Below, in pieces: positions 1 through 12,074 of a stretch of 34,224 nucleotides of DNA. The stretch comes from Malacoraja senta (taxonomy: Eukaryota). Each line of letters starts with the position of its first letter. Positions within the stretch are counted from its first letter, which is position 1. The position numbers and the translations under genes are program-made. Location of the stretch: assembly GCA_038087875.1 (NCBI GenBank), contig JAXLNO010000538.1, positions 1 to 34,224 on the forward strand, written 5' to 3'. The notes beneath the pieces are model-generated. The model made no database searches, was not told the origin of the DNA, and was given only the letters and a program-made list of their open reading frames with translations.

Positions 1-121
1 GGGCAGTTATTCCCGGGGTGGGGGTGGTGTGTGTGTGGGGGGGGTTATTATATCCAGTAAGGGGAGGGATGGGTATTCCCGGGGGGGGGGCAGTTATTCC
101 CGGGGTGGGGGTGGTGTTATT
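1..121. repeat. Short G-rich direct repeat
   Basis: gggcagttattcccggggtgggggtggtgt occurs at the window start and again at ~88-117, with a partial copy between. Confidence 0.6.
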
Positions 122-422
122 CCTGAATATAGAGGGGATGGGGGCGACACAGACACGACAGTGACATTAAAGAGACTTGTGGATGGACACGTGGAGATGC
201 GGGGAGCGGTGGGGGGGGAGGGTGACGCGCAGACAGACAGATAGTTGGTGTCGGCAGCATGGTCGGCACAGCCAGTGTGGGCCGAAGGGCCTGTTGTTGT
301 GCTGTACTGTCCTGTGGTGCTGGGGGAGTGGGGGTTTTATTCCCGGCAGGGGGCGGGGGTCAGTACTACTGCTACACGGGTGGGCTTGCGTCACTCTGTA
401 ACCAACTCTCTCTCTCCCCCAG

Positions 423-915
423 GGCCGCCGTGTCCCGCCGCCGGTACAGGAGCGTCGGTGGAGAGCGGGACAAGTTTGCTGGGTTTCTGCTTTGGGGGGG
501 GGCGTGGACTGTAATCGTGGGGTGATGGGTGAGCAATGGGCGCATCTACAGCTGATTTGGTGATTTGGACTTTGCGCTTCGCTCTCTGGGACGCTGCTCA
601 TTTACTGACTGCACTGGGGGGGTTGCTGCTGCTTCCCATAATGTTCCTGCAATGACGGGGTTCAGGGGGGAACAGTCCCGATCAACATCTGGTGGGAATC
701 ACAGCTGGAGCGTTGCAGCGCTGGGTGACCCGAGGCCCGGAGCCGGTCGGGGGACGGAGTGGGAGGGTTCCTGGCGTTGAGGCGACACTTCCACCCGTGG
801 ACTGTGGGGGGGGGGTGATCAGGGAATGTGATTCTTTGCTGGGGGGGGGGGGCGTGTTCTGCTTCACTGTCGCGACATAAATGTTCAATAAAATCCAGTG
901 TGTTCTCCAGCTGTC
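423..915 (+). other. Candidate terminal exon / 3' UTR of an upstream plus-strand gene
   Basis: Polypyrimidine tract + CAG|G acceptor (ctctctctctcccccag, AG at 421-422); AATAAA at 887-892 followed by GT-rich sequence; no recognisable product. Confidence 0.3.
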
Positions 916-1090
916 TGTCTGTCCGTGGCTGCTTGTGGTGGTGATGGGGGGGGGGGGGTCACGGGCATCGGGAGGGAGGGTTCACGGGTATCGGGAGGGT
1001 GGGGGTTCACGGGCATCGGAGGGGGCAGAGGGACGCGCCGTGGGAGGGGGTGGGGAAGATGCCGGGACATCCGTGACCGGGGAGAGCGCG

Positions 1091-1388
1091 GACGGTGGAG
1101 CAGCGGTAGAGTTGCTGCCTCCCAGCGCCGGAGACCCGGGCTCGATCCTGACTGCGGCTGTTGCCTGTACGGAGCTTGTAGGTTCTCCCCATGACCGCGT
1201 GGGTTTTCTCCGGGATCGCCGGTTTCCTCCCACACTCCAAAGACGTACATGTTTGCAGGTTAATTGACTTGGTCAAATTGTAAATTGTCCCTCGTGTGTG
1301 TAGGATTGTGTTAGTGTGTGGGGATCGCTGGTCGGCATGGACTCGATGGGCTGAAGGGCCTGTTTCCCCGCTGTTTCTCTAAACTAAA
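1091..1388 (+). mobile_element. tRNA-derived SINE (HE1/V-SINE type), near full length
   Basis: A-box-like ggtggagcagcggta, B-box-like ggctcgatcc, V-domain-like gttctcccc..tgggttttctccggg..ggtttcctcccacactccaaagac, CR1/HER-type tail gggctgaagggcctgtttcc and (ctaaa)n. Confidence 0.85.
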
Positions 1389-2086
1389 GTCAACTGAACC
1401 CGGAGCGCTGGAGAACGGACCGGGAGATTGTAACGTGTCTGGGAGACAGTGAACCCGCCGCCCCGGAGCCCCGGCCCAGGCACATCCCCGAGACACGATA
1501 CATCCCCAATGCGGGATCTGGGATGAAACCCACCCGCGACTCACTAACACGGACCGCGTCCCTTCACACACGGAAACGGTCCCGTACACAAGGGTCCGGT
1601 CCGGTCCTCCCGGCGCCGGTCTCCCAACACCGAGGCCCCCAGTTCCAACACGGGAGGGTCTGTGCTCGGGTCCGGTTCACACAGGGTGAAGACGCCAGTC
1701 CCCGCTCCTTGGAGACCAATGAACACCGTGGTTTTGTGACAATCCCGGCGCTTGCAGTCCCGTCACCGAGACTGGACTCTTTTTTATCTTCACAATCCAC
1801 ATTTATTCACCCGAATATAAAACGGCCTCTGCCGTGGAGGCAACAAAACGCCTGCCTCTTAATCCAGTCGACAGAGAGAGAAATAAACCACATGTTTGCC
1901 TACATCGGTTGAAGCTTTCAGTATAAGCGTCAGTCAGCCCCGGGAGGGTGCGGGTGTGTGTGGTCCCGTCCCGCGCTGGACATGTTGCAGTTTTATAACG
2001 TCTGGCAGTATTTGGTAGAAAGAGATAGGATAAAGTGGACATGCAGGGATAGGAAGGGTGGAGGACATGTGTTGATGTTGTCCATA

Positions 2087-4180
2087 TCAAGTCAACTCAA
2101 GTGATGTGTCCCTGATAGGAGAATGAAATTCTTGCTTTGCTTCAGCACACAGAACATAGAAGGCATTGACTGCAAAACAGATCAGTGTGTCCATATACCA
2201 TAATATAAATATATACACACATGAATAAATAAACTGATAAAGTGCAAATAACAGATAATGGGTTATTAATAATCAGAGTTTTGTCCGAGCCAGGTTTAAT
2301 AGCCTGATGGCTGTGGGGAAGTAGCTATTCCTGAACCTGGTCGTTGCAGTCTTCAGGCTCCTGTACCTTCTACCTGAAGGTAGCAGGGAGATGAGTGTGT
2401 GGCCAGGATGATGTGGGTCCTTGATGATGCTGCCAGCCTTTTTGAGGCAGCGACTGCGATAAATCTCCTCGATGGAAGGGAGGTCAGAGCCGATGATGGA
2501 CTGGGCAGTGTTTACTACTTCTTGTAGTCTTTTCCTCTCCAGGGCGCTCAAGTTGCCGAACCAAGCCACGATGCAACCGGTCAGCATGCTCTCTACTGTG
2601 CACCTGTAGAAGTTAGAGAGAGTCCTCCTTGACAAACCGACTCTCCGTAATCTTCTCAGGAAGTAGAGGCGCTGATGTGCTTTCTTGATAATTGCATTAG
2701 TGTTCTCGGACCAGGAAAGATCTTCAGAGATGTGCACGCCAAGGAATTTAAAGCTCTTGACCCTTTCAACCATCGACCCGTTGATATAAATGGGACTGTG
2801 GGTCCCCATCCTACTCCTTCCAAAGTCCACAATCAGTTCCTTGGTTTTGCTGGTGTTGAGGGCCAGGTTGTTGTGCTGGCACCATATGGACAGTTGCTCG
2901 ATCTCTCTTCTATACTCTGACTCATCCCCATCAGTGATACGTCCCACAACAGTGGTGTCGTCAGCGAACTCGATGATGGAGTTCGCACTGTGACCGGCAA
3001 CGCAGTCATGAGTATATAGTGAGTACAGCAGGGGGCTGAGCACGCAGCCTTGACGTGCTCCCGTGCTAATTGTTATCGAGTCTGACACATTTCCAATACG
3101 AACAGACTGTGGTCTGAGAGTGAGGAAGTCGAGGATCCAATTGCAGAGGGATGCGCAGAGACCCAGTTCTGCGAGTTTGGTAACCAGCTTGGAGGGGATG
3201 ATTGTGTTAAATGCCGAGCTGTAATCGATGAATAACAGCCTGACATATGAGTTTTTGTTGTCCAAGTGGTCCAGAGCGGAGTGGAGGGCCAGCGAGATCG
3301 CATCCACCGTTGATCTGTTGTGGCGGTAAGCGAACTGCAGTGGGTCCAGGTTTTTGTCGAGGAAGGTGTTGATCTCTGAAGTGAGAGGTTGAAAATGTCC
3401 GTAAAAACTTCAGCCAGTTGGTCCGCACAGGTTTTTAGAACACGACCGGGTCCAGGCGCTTTTCGATGGGTTCACCCCTCTGAAGTATCTTCTGACGTCC
3501 GCCTCGGTGACTGAGACTGAAATACCATCACAGCGAATGGGGGCTCGGGAAGGCACATCGTTGTTCTCCCTATCAAAGCGTGCGTAAAACGCATTGAGCT
3601 CATCAGGGAGTGATGTTTCGCCGACATTCGAGCTGCCTCCTGGTTTTGCCTTGTAGGAGGTGATTGCATTCAGGCCCCGCCACAGCTGCCGAACATCTAT
3701 CTCAACCTCCAGTTTGGAGCAGAAGTCCCTTTTGGCCTTTTTGATGGGCTTACCAAGGTCGTATCTGGACTTCTTGTAGACCACTGTATCAACAGACATG
3801 AATGCCCGGTGTCTGGTCTTCAGAAGAGTGCAGATCTCAAAATTCATCCAAGGTTTCTGATTGGGAAACACTCGGAAGGTTTTGGTGGGGATGCAGTCCT
3901 CCACACATTTGTTAATGAAGTCTGTAACGACTGTGGCGTATTCGTTCAAGTCCGTTGCCGAGTCCTTGAACATTGCCCAGTCTACAGACTCCAAACAGTC
4001 CTGGAGTTGTTCCTCTGCCCCCCCCCCCCCCCCCCCCCACCAGCTCTGTACTGTCGTCACCTCTGGGGGTGCGCTCTATAATTGCTGCCTGTAGGCAGGA
4101 AGAAGCATTCTTGATGATGGCGCATTTACCGAAGTGAGGGCGAGGGATGGAACGATAGGCATTCTTAATGGTGGACATGC
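2087..4180 (-). mobile_element. Rex1/Babar-clade non-LTR retrotransposon, 5'-truncated with internal deletion
   Basis: End of endonuclease (IKNAYRSIPRPHFGK..LLPAYRQQL), linker (NQKPW), RT, and a 3' UTR shared with the copy at 6412-7110; RT N-terminus is interrupted near 3360-3460. Confidence 0.9.
2273..3307 (-). pseudogene. Rex1/Babar reverse transcriptase, C-terminal open fragment (344 aa)
   Basis: Motifs [56 protein letters not shown]. Confidence 0.9.
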
Positions 4181-4315
4181 GGGGTGAGCTGGGGCCTGGA
4201 CACGTGTTGCGGCTGAGTGGGTATTGGGCGGGGCGGAGTGGACAAGGGCTGGAGCAGAGTGGACGGGGACAAGCTTACGCTGGGGAGCAGCAACGGAACT
4301 GGGAAGAGTGGACAG

Positions 4316-4543
4316 GGGCGGGGCATTGACCAGTGGGCGTGGCATTGACCAATGGGCGGGGCAGTGAGCAGTGGGCGGGGCATTGACCAGTGGGCGGGGC
4401 ATTGACCAATGGGCGGGGCATTGACCAGTGGGCGGGGCATTGACCAGTGGGCGGGGCATTGACCAATGGGCGTGGCAGTGACCAGTGGGCGGGGCATTGA
4501 CCAGTGGGCGGGGCATTGACCAATGGGCGTGGCAGTGACCAGT
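4316..4543. repeat. Minisatellite, 12 x 19 bp (gggcggggcattgaccagt)
   Basis: Twelve contiguous 19-nt units counted directly; the ccaat variant occurs in units 2, 5, 8 and 11. Confidence 0.95.
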
Positions 4544-4614
4544 GGCGCTTTCATTGCGCCGGCCACGGACTGTCACAATCTTCATTCACCACATCCGTCG
4601 GACACCCGGGTCTC

Positions 4615-5184
4615 GGCGCGGTGGCGCAGCGGCAGAGTTGCTGCCTTACATCGTCAGAGATCAGTGTTCAATCCCGTATACCGGTGCTGTCTGTACGGAG
4701 TTTGTATGTTCTCCCGTGACCGCCAGGGTTTTCTCCGGGATCTTTGTTTTCCTCCCATACTCCCGTACAGGTTTGCAGGTTAATTGACTTGGAAACATTG
4801 TCAATTGTCCCTCGTGTGTGTAGGATAGTTTTGAATTTAGTTTAATTGAGAGACAGAGCGCGGAAACAGGCCCTTCGGCCCACCGAGTCCACGCCGACCA
4901 GTGATCCCCGCACATTAACACTATCCTACACACTCTTTCAATTATCTCAAGCCAATTAACCTACAAACCTGAACGTCATTGTGTTGTGTGGGAGGAAACC
5001 GGAGCACCTGGAGAAAACCCACGCAGGTCACGGGGAGAACGTGGGTCTGTGGCGGTGTAAGGCAGCAACTCTACAGCCCTTGTTAATGTTAATTAATGAT
5101 AGTGCAATGCGTCACTGGTCAGTGCGCTCTCGGTGGGCCGAAGGGCCTGTTTCCGCGCTGCATATCTAAACTAAACTAAACTAA
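4615..5184 (+). mobile_element. HE1/V-type SINE interrupted by an opposite-orientation SINE
   Basis: Head and body at 4615-4831; tail (gggccgaagggcctgtttcc, (ctaaa)n) resumes at ~5080-5184. Confidence 0.8.
4832..5079 (-). mobile_element. HE1/V-type SINE, inverted, nested, internally deleted
   Basis: ggaaacaggcccttcggccc tail and tgggaggaaaccggagcacctggagaaaacccac V-domain in reverse; head aggcagcaactcta. Confidence 0.8.
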
Positions 5185-5194
5185 GGCAACGTCT

Positions 5195-5377
5195 GAAGAC
5201 AGACACAAAATGCTGGAGTAACTCAGCGGGACAGGCAGCATCTCTGGGGAGAAGGAATGGGTGACGTTTCGAGTCGAGGCCCTTCTTCAGACGGTCTCGA
5301 CCCGAAGCGTCCGCCATTCCTTCTCCAGAGACGCTGCTTGTACCGATCAGTTCCTCCAGCATTTTGTGTCTATCTTC
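5195..5377. repeat. Palindromic element made of two inverted Penelope pseudo-LTR ends, with a hammerhead-like core
   Basis: Arms 5195-5281 and 5293-5377 are imperfect reverse complements; minus strand reads ctgaagaagggcctcgactcgaaacgtc. Confidence 0.75.
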
Positions 5378-5384
5378 GGTCTTG

Positions 5385-6411
5385 TATCTGGAAGGTTTTC
5401 TGCTCCCTGGTTGGCACCTCCGTCAGCCTCTCATCTGGGTTCCATCCACAATCTAATGGCCAGTGGGAGAGAGACAACCAGGACCCAGAGACAACCAGGA
5501 CCCAGAGACCACCCTACGTTGCCTGGTGTCCGCCAATCCTACCTCCTGGTCTAGTAAGTTGGTGTGGATTGAATATGTCCACAATTCCCGGCCCAGTTCT
5601 ACCACCGGTCTGTCTCCATCCCACTGCTCCCGAGGTTACCAGCCACCTCTGTTCCCAGACCAAGGGGAGAAGGTCTCCGTTCCCTCTGCCCAGCGGTTTG
5701 TGCGCCGCGGTCGTCGGACCTGGAGGGAGGCCCGTTCTGCCCCGCTCCGCACCGCTTCCAGGTATAGACGACGGGCGGATCATCACCGGACCCCTGCCCC
5801 TCGCTACCGCCCTGGGCAGAGGGTCTGGATGTCCACCCGAGACCACGTCCTCCGCGTTGAGTCCAGTAAGTTGACATCCCTGTTTATTGGTCCATTCACT
5901 GTTCTCAGGGTCATCAACCGCTCTGCTGTCCGCCTTAGACTGCCCCGGTCTATGTGTATTCTCCCCACCTTCCATGTATCCCGGGTTAAGCCTGAATCTT
6001 CCTGCTCCCTGTGTCCCGCTCCTGTGCTCCCTCCGCCACCCCGCATCATTGACGGTGGTCCCACGTACATGGTGAAGCGACTGCTGAAGTCCCGGCGGTG
6101 TGGCAGAGGCATCCAGTACCTGATTAACTGGGAGGGCTACGGACCAGAGGAGAGGAGCTGGATCCCTGCCCGTGACATCCTGGACCCTTCCCTCATCCGT
6201 GGTTTTCATCAACAGCATCCGGATCAGCCTAGGAGGCCGCCAGGAGGTGTCCGTGGGAGGGGGGCTCCTGTCACACCTGCCACGTCTCCAGACAGTTGAG
6301 ACTCTCCGCATCCCTCCCCTGATTTAATCATGAGTTACACCTGCATTCACTCTGCTGCCCTCATAGTCAAGGGTTATATGCCCGCTATCTACATTCACTC
6401 CCTGCCGACTT
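5385..6411 (+). mobile_element. Gypsy chromovirus (Sushi-like) 3' fragment: integrase end, GPY/F region, chromodomain, PPT, start of 3' LTR
   Basis: [37 protein letters not shown]; polypurine tract gggagggggg then TGTCAC at 6269; cut by the Rex1 insertion. Confidence 0.9.
5463..6299 (+). pseudogene. Integrase C-terminus + chromodomain open fragment
   Basis: 278-aa ORF, frameshifted from the upstream integrase part by a 17-bp tandem duplication (5471-5487/5488-5504). Confidence 0.85.
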
Positions 6412-7110
6412 ATCAAGTTCAAGTTCAAGTTCAAGTGAGTTTATTGGCATGTGTCCCTGATAGGACAATGAAATTCTTGCTTTGCTTCAGCACAACAGAA
6501 CATAGAAGGCATTGACTACAAAACAGATCAGTGTGTCCATATATCATTATATAAATATATACACACATGAATAAATAAACTGATAAAGTGCAAATAACAG
6601 ATAATGGGCTATTAATGTTCATAGTTTTCTCCGAGCCAAGTTTAATAGCCTGATGGCTGTGGGGAAGTAGCTATTCCTGAACCTGGTCGTTGCAGTCTTC
6701 AGGCTCCTGTACCTTCTATCTGAAGGTAGTAGGGAGATGAGTGTGTGGCCAGGATGATGTGGGTCCTTGATGACACTGCCAGCCTTTTTGAGGCAGCGAC
6801 TGTGATAGATCCACTCGATGGAAGGGAGGTCAGAGCCGATGATGGACTGGGCAGTGTTTACTACTCTTTGTTGTCTTTTCCTCTCCAGGGCGCTCAAGTC
6901 GCCGAACCAAGCCACGAAGCAACCGGTCAGCATGCTCTCTACTGTGCACCTGTATAAGTTAGAGAGAGTCCTCCTTGACAAACCGACTCTCCGTAATCTT
7001 CTCAGGAAGTAGAGGCGCTGATGTGCTTTCTTAATAGTAGCATCAGTGTTCTCGGACCAGGAAAGATCTTCAGAGATGTGCACGCCCAGGAATTTAAAGC
7101 TCTTGACCCT
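6412..7110 (-). mobile_element. Rex1/Babar LINE 3' end (second copy)
   Basis: Highly similar to 2100-2763; AATAAA and (TTGAAC)n tail on the element strand. Confidence 0.9.
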
Positions 7111-7163
7111 TACAATCACTAATGAAGATACATGAAGATCTTTCTGGCGCACATTTTCCTGAC

Positions 7164-7405
7164 AGAAATGTATAAAATTATGACAAACATCGATAAGATA
7201 ATCAGTCAAGAACTATTTCCAGGTTTGAAATGTGGAAGATTAGAGGGCATTGGTTGACGGAGACATGGAAGGTTTAAAGGAAACGGGCGGGGAAAGTTCC
7301 TTTACACACAGGGTGATGGGTGCCTGGACCGCGCTGCCAGGGGTGGAGGTCGAGGCAGATATGAAAGCGGCGTTTAATAGGCTTTTAGATTTGCACATGG
7401 GTATT
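7164..7405 (+). mobile_element. CR1/HER LINE 3' fragment, degraded
   Basis: YKIM..IDK, FTHRVMGAWTALPGVEVEAD..AFNRLLD motifs. Confidence 0.75.
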
Positions 7406-7849
7406 CCTGGTTTAGAAAAACGAGAACATCGGAAATTTTGGAATTCAGAAAATTGGGAAGCTGCTACAACTTATTCAAACGAAAACAGATAAATCATTGA
7501 TAAATAAAAAAGGTGACAGTCAAAACTGAAACGTATTAACAGGAAAGTGGTTCCTTTCCCCTTTCCGCTCGTCAGAACAAATGTACCATCTCCGATAGGC
7601 CGCGACCACATGGTTTAGCAGGGGCAGGGACAAGAACATTTGTTTCATTATCTGTACAATGTGTTGCAGATAGTTAAACTGAGAGATGTGCTGGGCAGGC
7701 AAGACTAGACGAATAAAACATGGCAACAATGTGACAAATTGAGGAGAAACGGAAATGGTTAATTTTGATTCCGACAGAAATAAAGAACTAGTTATTTGAA
7801 GTTGGAGAATTCAGTGTTGAATCTTCCGGCTGCAAGATGCCCAGACACA

Positions 7850-8070
7850 GAGTCAGAGTAAATCAGCGTGGAAACAGGCCCTTCAGCCCAACCTACCAAT
7901 GCTGACCAACATGCCCCATCTACACGAGTCGCACCTACGTGTGTTTGGCCCATACCCCTCGAAACGTGCCCTATCCATGTACCAGTCCAAATGTTTATTA
8001 AACGTTGCCCGCCATCCTTTGTGTAAAAAAGTCAGCCACGGGGTTCCTATTAAATTTTTCCCCTCACGTT
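7850..8070 (-). mobile_element. CR1/HER LINE 3' tail fragment
   Basis: ggaaacaggcccttcagcccaac and ctatccatgtaccagtccaaatg in reverse orientation. Confidence 0.7.
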
Positions 8071-8400
8071 TCTCTGTATTAATTTCCATCAATTGTTTTT
8101 AAGGCCTCCTGTCAGAAAAACATCATTCCACCATCATCCTCTGCTTCCTTCTATGAAGCCAATTTTCTATTCATTCAGCTATCCCCCCTTGGGTCCCATG
8201 TGAAACAAGACACAAGAAACTGAGATGCTGCAACCTTGAAAATTGTGAAGGTGCTGGAATCTGAAGAATGGCCCCAAAGTCCGACATGCCAGCTGTCCAT
8301 TCTTTCCAAAGGTGCCAGTTCCGCTGCGGTACTCCATCGTACTCTTTTGTAGACGGTGTGGAAGTGTCTTTGTTAAGCATCGTATTGGGCATTGCTGTAG

Positions 8401-8728
<328 letters not shown>

Positions 8729-9069
8729 GTATGTCTGTACGTGTGTGGTGAGAGGAATACAGAATCATCTATGGAAGTCTATATTGTGCTGGCCACTGTT
8801 ACAGGTGTTATCCACAGTTACAATCGCTGGGGTTACAGTTACTATTAGTGTTGCATTGCTCAACGCAAGTTGATGAAACCGACGAGGTCGTGATTCAACA
8901 CATATGTCAAATACCAGATGCATGATGTGTAAATCATCCTCTTCCCTTTTGTCTTTGTCTTTCAATGTTTGTGTTTTCATCTCTGTCCTTTGTGCAATCA
9001 TCTACCAATCAAAACTACTGCGACGCCGTATCCACATGTGACATGTTCGGTATTGTCGCGGAACACGTC

Positions 9070-9210
9070 TCTTCCAGCTTCATCCCCTCACCCCCCCCCC
9101 CCCCACCCACTGCAATGTCTGAAGAAGGTCCCGGCCCTAAATGCCGCGTAATTATGTTCTCCACAGATGCGCGCTGACCCACTGAATTACTCCAACACAG
9201 TGTCTATTTC
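9070..9210 (+). mobile_element. Penelope pseudo-LTR remnant
   Basis: gtctgaagaagg..ccc..ctccacagatgc..acccactga..actcca resembles 26270-26355. Confidence 0.5.
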
Positions 9211-9627
9211 TGTATAATTTGCTCCATATTTAAACATGCTCCATTTATCTCCTATCTGACTGCAAAGCAGACATCATCCCACATAAATATAACATGGTGA
9301 ATACTTGCCACTTCAGTGAGCCAATGGATGCTCTCGCGATTTGCAAGCTCCGATCAACAATGCATTGAGCACGACCCAGATATGACTAAAGAAATACATT
9401 TTGATTCAATGTCCTAATTCAGATTTACAACATTTGTCATTCAACAGCAAAGTGTTGGTAGTGAAAAACAATTCCTACCTGCAGTAGTGTAGTACTGTGT
9501 AAAATAAGTTAACTATGAATAGGCATAAACATCACCGGTTAAAATCAGATTGAAGACGCCTGATAAAATATCTTGAATAAGGTATATTAAATTTAGGGAA
9601 TTCAAGTTCTGCTTGTTACTTTTTATC

Positions 9628-10220
9628 TATTGTACAGGGTGCTGGTGAGACCACACCTGGAGTATTGTGCGCAGTTTTGGTCTCCGAATTTGTGAAAGGA
9701 CATTCTTGCTATTGAGGGAGTACAGCGTAGGTTCACCGGGTTAATTCCCGGGATGGCGGGACTGATCTACGTTGATAGAATGGATCGACTGGGCTTATAT
9801 TTACTGGATTTTAGAAGGATGAGAGAGGATCTTATAGAAACAAATACAATTCTTGAGGGGTTGGACAGGCCAGATGCATAACAATTTTCCCGATGTTGGG
9901 GGAGTCCAGAACCAGGGGTCAACGTTTAAGATTAAGGGGTAGGCCATTTAGGACTGAGATGAGGAAAAGCGTTTTCACCCAGAGAGTTGTGAATCTGTGG
10001 AATTCTCTGCCACAGAAGGCAGTGGAGGCCAATTCACTGGATGTATTCAAGGGAAAGTTAGATATAGCTCTCAGAGCGAACGGAATCAAGGGATATGGGG
10101 AGAAAGCTGGAACGGGGCACTGATTTTGGATGATCAGCCATGATCAAATTGAATGGCGGTGCTGGATTGAAGGGCCGAATGGCCTACTCATGCACATATT
10201 TTCGATGTTTCTGTGTTTCT
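9628..10220 (+). mobile_element. CR1/HER LINE 3' portion
   Basis: LYRVLVRPHLEYCAQFWSP, FTQRVVNLWNSLP, tail gaagggccgaatggcctactc. Confidence 0.9.
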
Positions 10221-10559
10221 AAATATTAATTTGGATACATTTTGGGTGGATTTTAAATAAAACTATTTCAAAATGCAATTGACCCAGTAAATGCTAAGTA
10301 TTCCGGAGTTTATCAAGACTGAAGGGCACCCACACCGGCGCAAATTCTTGCTTTAGTTCATTCTAACGTGGATCTAAATATAAACGTCCTCCCTGTGGAG
10401 GGAACATTATATTTGGAATGAATCAAACCCCTGATGAGTTGCAGCTAATGGGACTCAAGTTAACCGTGTCAGGATTCTCAGGAATGGAGAAAACTCGAAT
10501 GCGGGCACAAAGAGTGAAGTCCTGGAGAAAACCAACATCCAAACGAGAAGGTACCAGAC

Positions 10560-11252
10560 TGAATACTTGAAGGTGGAGTCGCAGGTAGATAAGGTGGTCA
10601 AAAACGCTTTTTGCACATTGGCCTTCATCATTAAGAGTATTGACTATAGACGTTTTGTGGTAATGTTGCAGTTGTATAAGGCGTTGGTGAGGCAGCATTT
10701 AGAGTATTATGTTTAGTTTTGGGCACCATGTTACAGGAACGACGTTGTCAAGCTGGAAAGGGTACAGAGAACATTTACTACTATGTTGCCAGGACTAGAG
10801 GGTCTGAGCTTCAAGAAGAGATCGAGTTGGTTGGGACTTTATTCGTTGGAGCGCAGGAGGATGATGGGTGATCTTATACAGGTGTATAAAATCATGAGAG
10901 GAATAGATCGGGCAGATGCACAGAGTCGCTTCCGTAGAGTAGGTGAATCGAGGACCAGAAGATATAAGTTTAAGGTGAAGGGGGAAATATTGAATAGGAA
11001 TCTGAGGGGTAACTTTTTCACACAAAGTGTGGTGGGTGTATGGAACAAACTGTCAGAGGAGGGAATTGAGGCTGGGACTATCCCAACACTTATGAAACAG
11101 TTAGACAGTTACATGGATAGGACAGGTTTGGGGCAATATGGACCCATCGCGGACAGGTGGAACTAGTGGACTGGGACATGTTGGCCGGCTTGGGCAAGTT
11201 GGGCCGAAGGGCCTGTTTCCACGCTGTATCAATCGATGACTCTATGACTATG
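10560..11252 (+). mobile_element. CR1/HER LINE 3' portion, different subfamily
   Basis: LYKALVRQHLEY, GLYSLERRRMMGDLIQVYKIM, FFTQSVVGVWNKL, tail gggccgaagggcctgtttcc (ctatga)n. Confidence 0.9.
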
Positions 11253-11333
11253 ATTCCGCTATTCTGGGAAGTTCAAATGTCCTTGCAGAATATTCCGTTT
11301 ATAAAAGACTGTAGAGAGTCCCACAGTGGAAAT

Positions 11334-11589
11334 TGTTTGTAGAAGATCCATTACAAAGTCTAGAGTGAACCATCAATCTTTATTAAGATTTCAATGAGAG
11401 AGCATTATACACAGCCGTGCACATTAGATCCGCTTACGTACTAAAAACCGCAGTAACATACCGACAGGCTGTCCATAGCACAGCACTACTGATGCTCAAA
11501 ACCCGGACTGGATTTATGGTGGAATGTGTGACATGCATAATATGTGTAGTGGAGATTATATAGGCATGGATTAATATGGTTAAACTACA
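11334..11589 (-). repeat. 3' LTR (256 bp)
   Basis: Element strand starts TGTAGTTT directly after PPT aagaggaagga (11590-11600), ends CTACAAACA, contains AATAAA. Confidence 0.85.
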
Positions 11590-12074
11590 TCCTTCCTCTT
11601 AAAGAAGCAATGCATGATAAAAAACACTTGGCGGAATATATAGTTAACACCAGTATTGGGTGAGTGCACTTTACTTACACATCGGGCAAGCACGCAAAAT
11701 GAAGCCGGACATACACAGTTCAGACATAGCCGGTGCATTTACCAATTCTCTGGTTCGGCTTGTAAACACGTCCTGTACGTGTCCGGTAATACCCGTCTTC
11801 TTCCTTCACTGGCGATTGAACAGGTGAATGTATTGGTCTTGACGACGGTGTGGGCGAAAGCGTGGACTGTAATGGCAGCGGCTGAAGTGGTGAGGCGGCC
11901 GGTGAAGCAATCGGACTCGGGTCAGGCGGCGGCCGTGGAACCACGGGAGCAATCCCGCTGGACCGTGAAGGAGTCACGGCCGGTTGGTCAGGGTATTGAC
12001 GTGGCAGTGCTGTCTGTAGATGCCGTTGTCAACACTGACCAGGTAGGAGCGCGGCTCCGCGGTGGACCCCAGAA

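Noticed and set aside
2273..3307. Active or domesticated reverse transcriptase gene
   Set aside because: The element is 5'-truncated, with an internal deletion and frameshifts upstream
4316..4543. CRISPR-like array and the repetitive ORFs over it
   Set aside because: Units are contiguous with no unique spacers, there are no cas genes, and the context is eukaryotic; the ORFs are repeat translations
8765..9001. 78-aa minus-strand ORF in non-repetitive sequence
   Set aside because: No recognisable motif and no convincing splice sites
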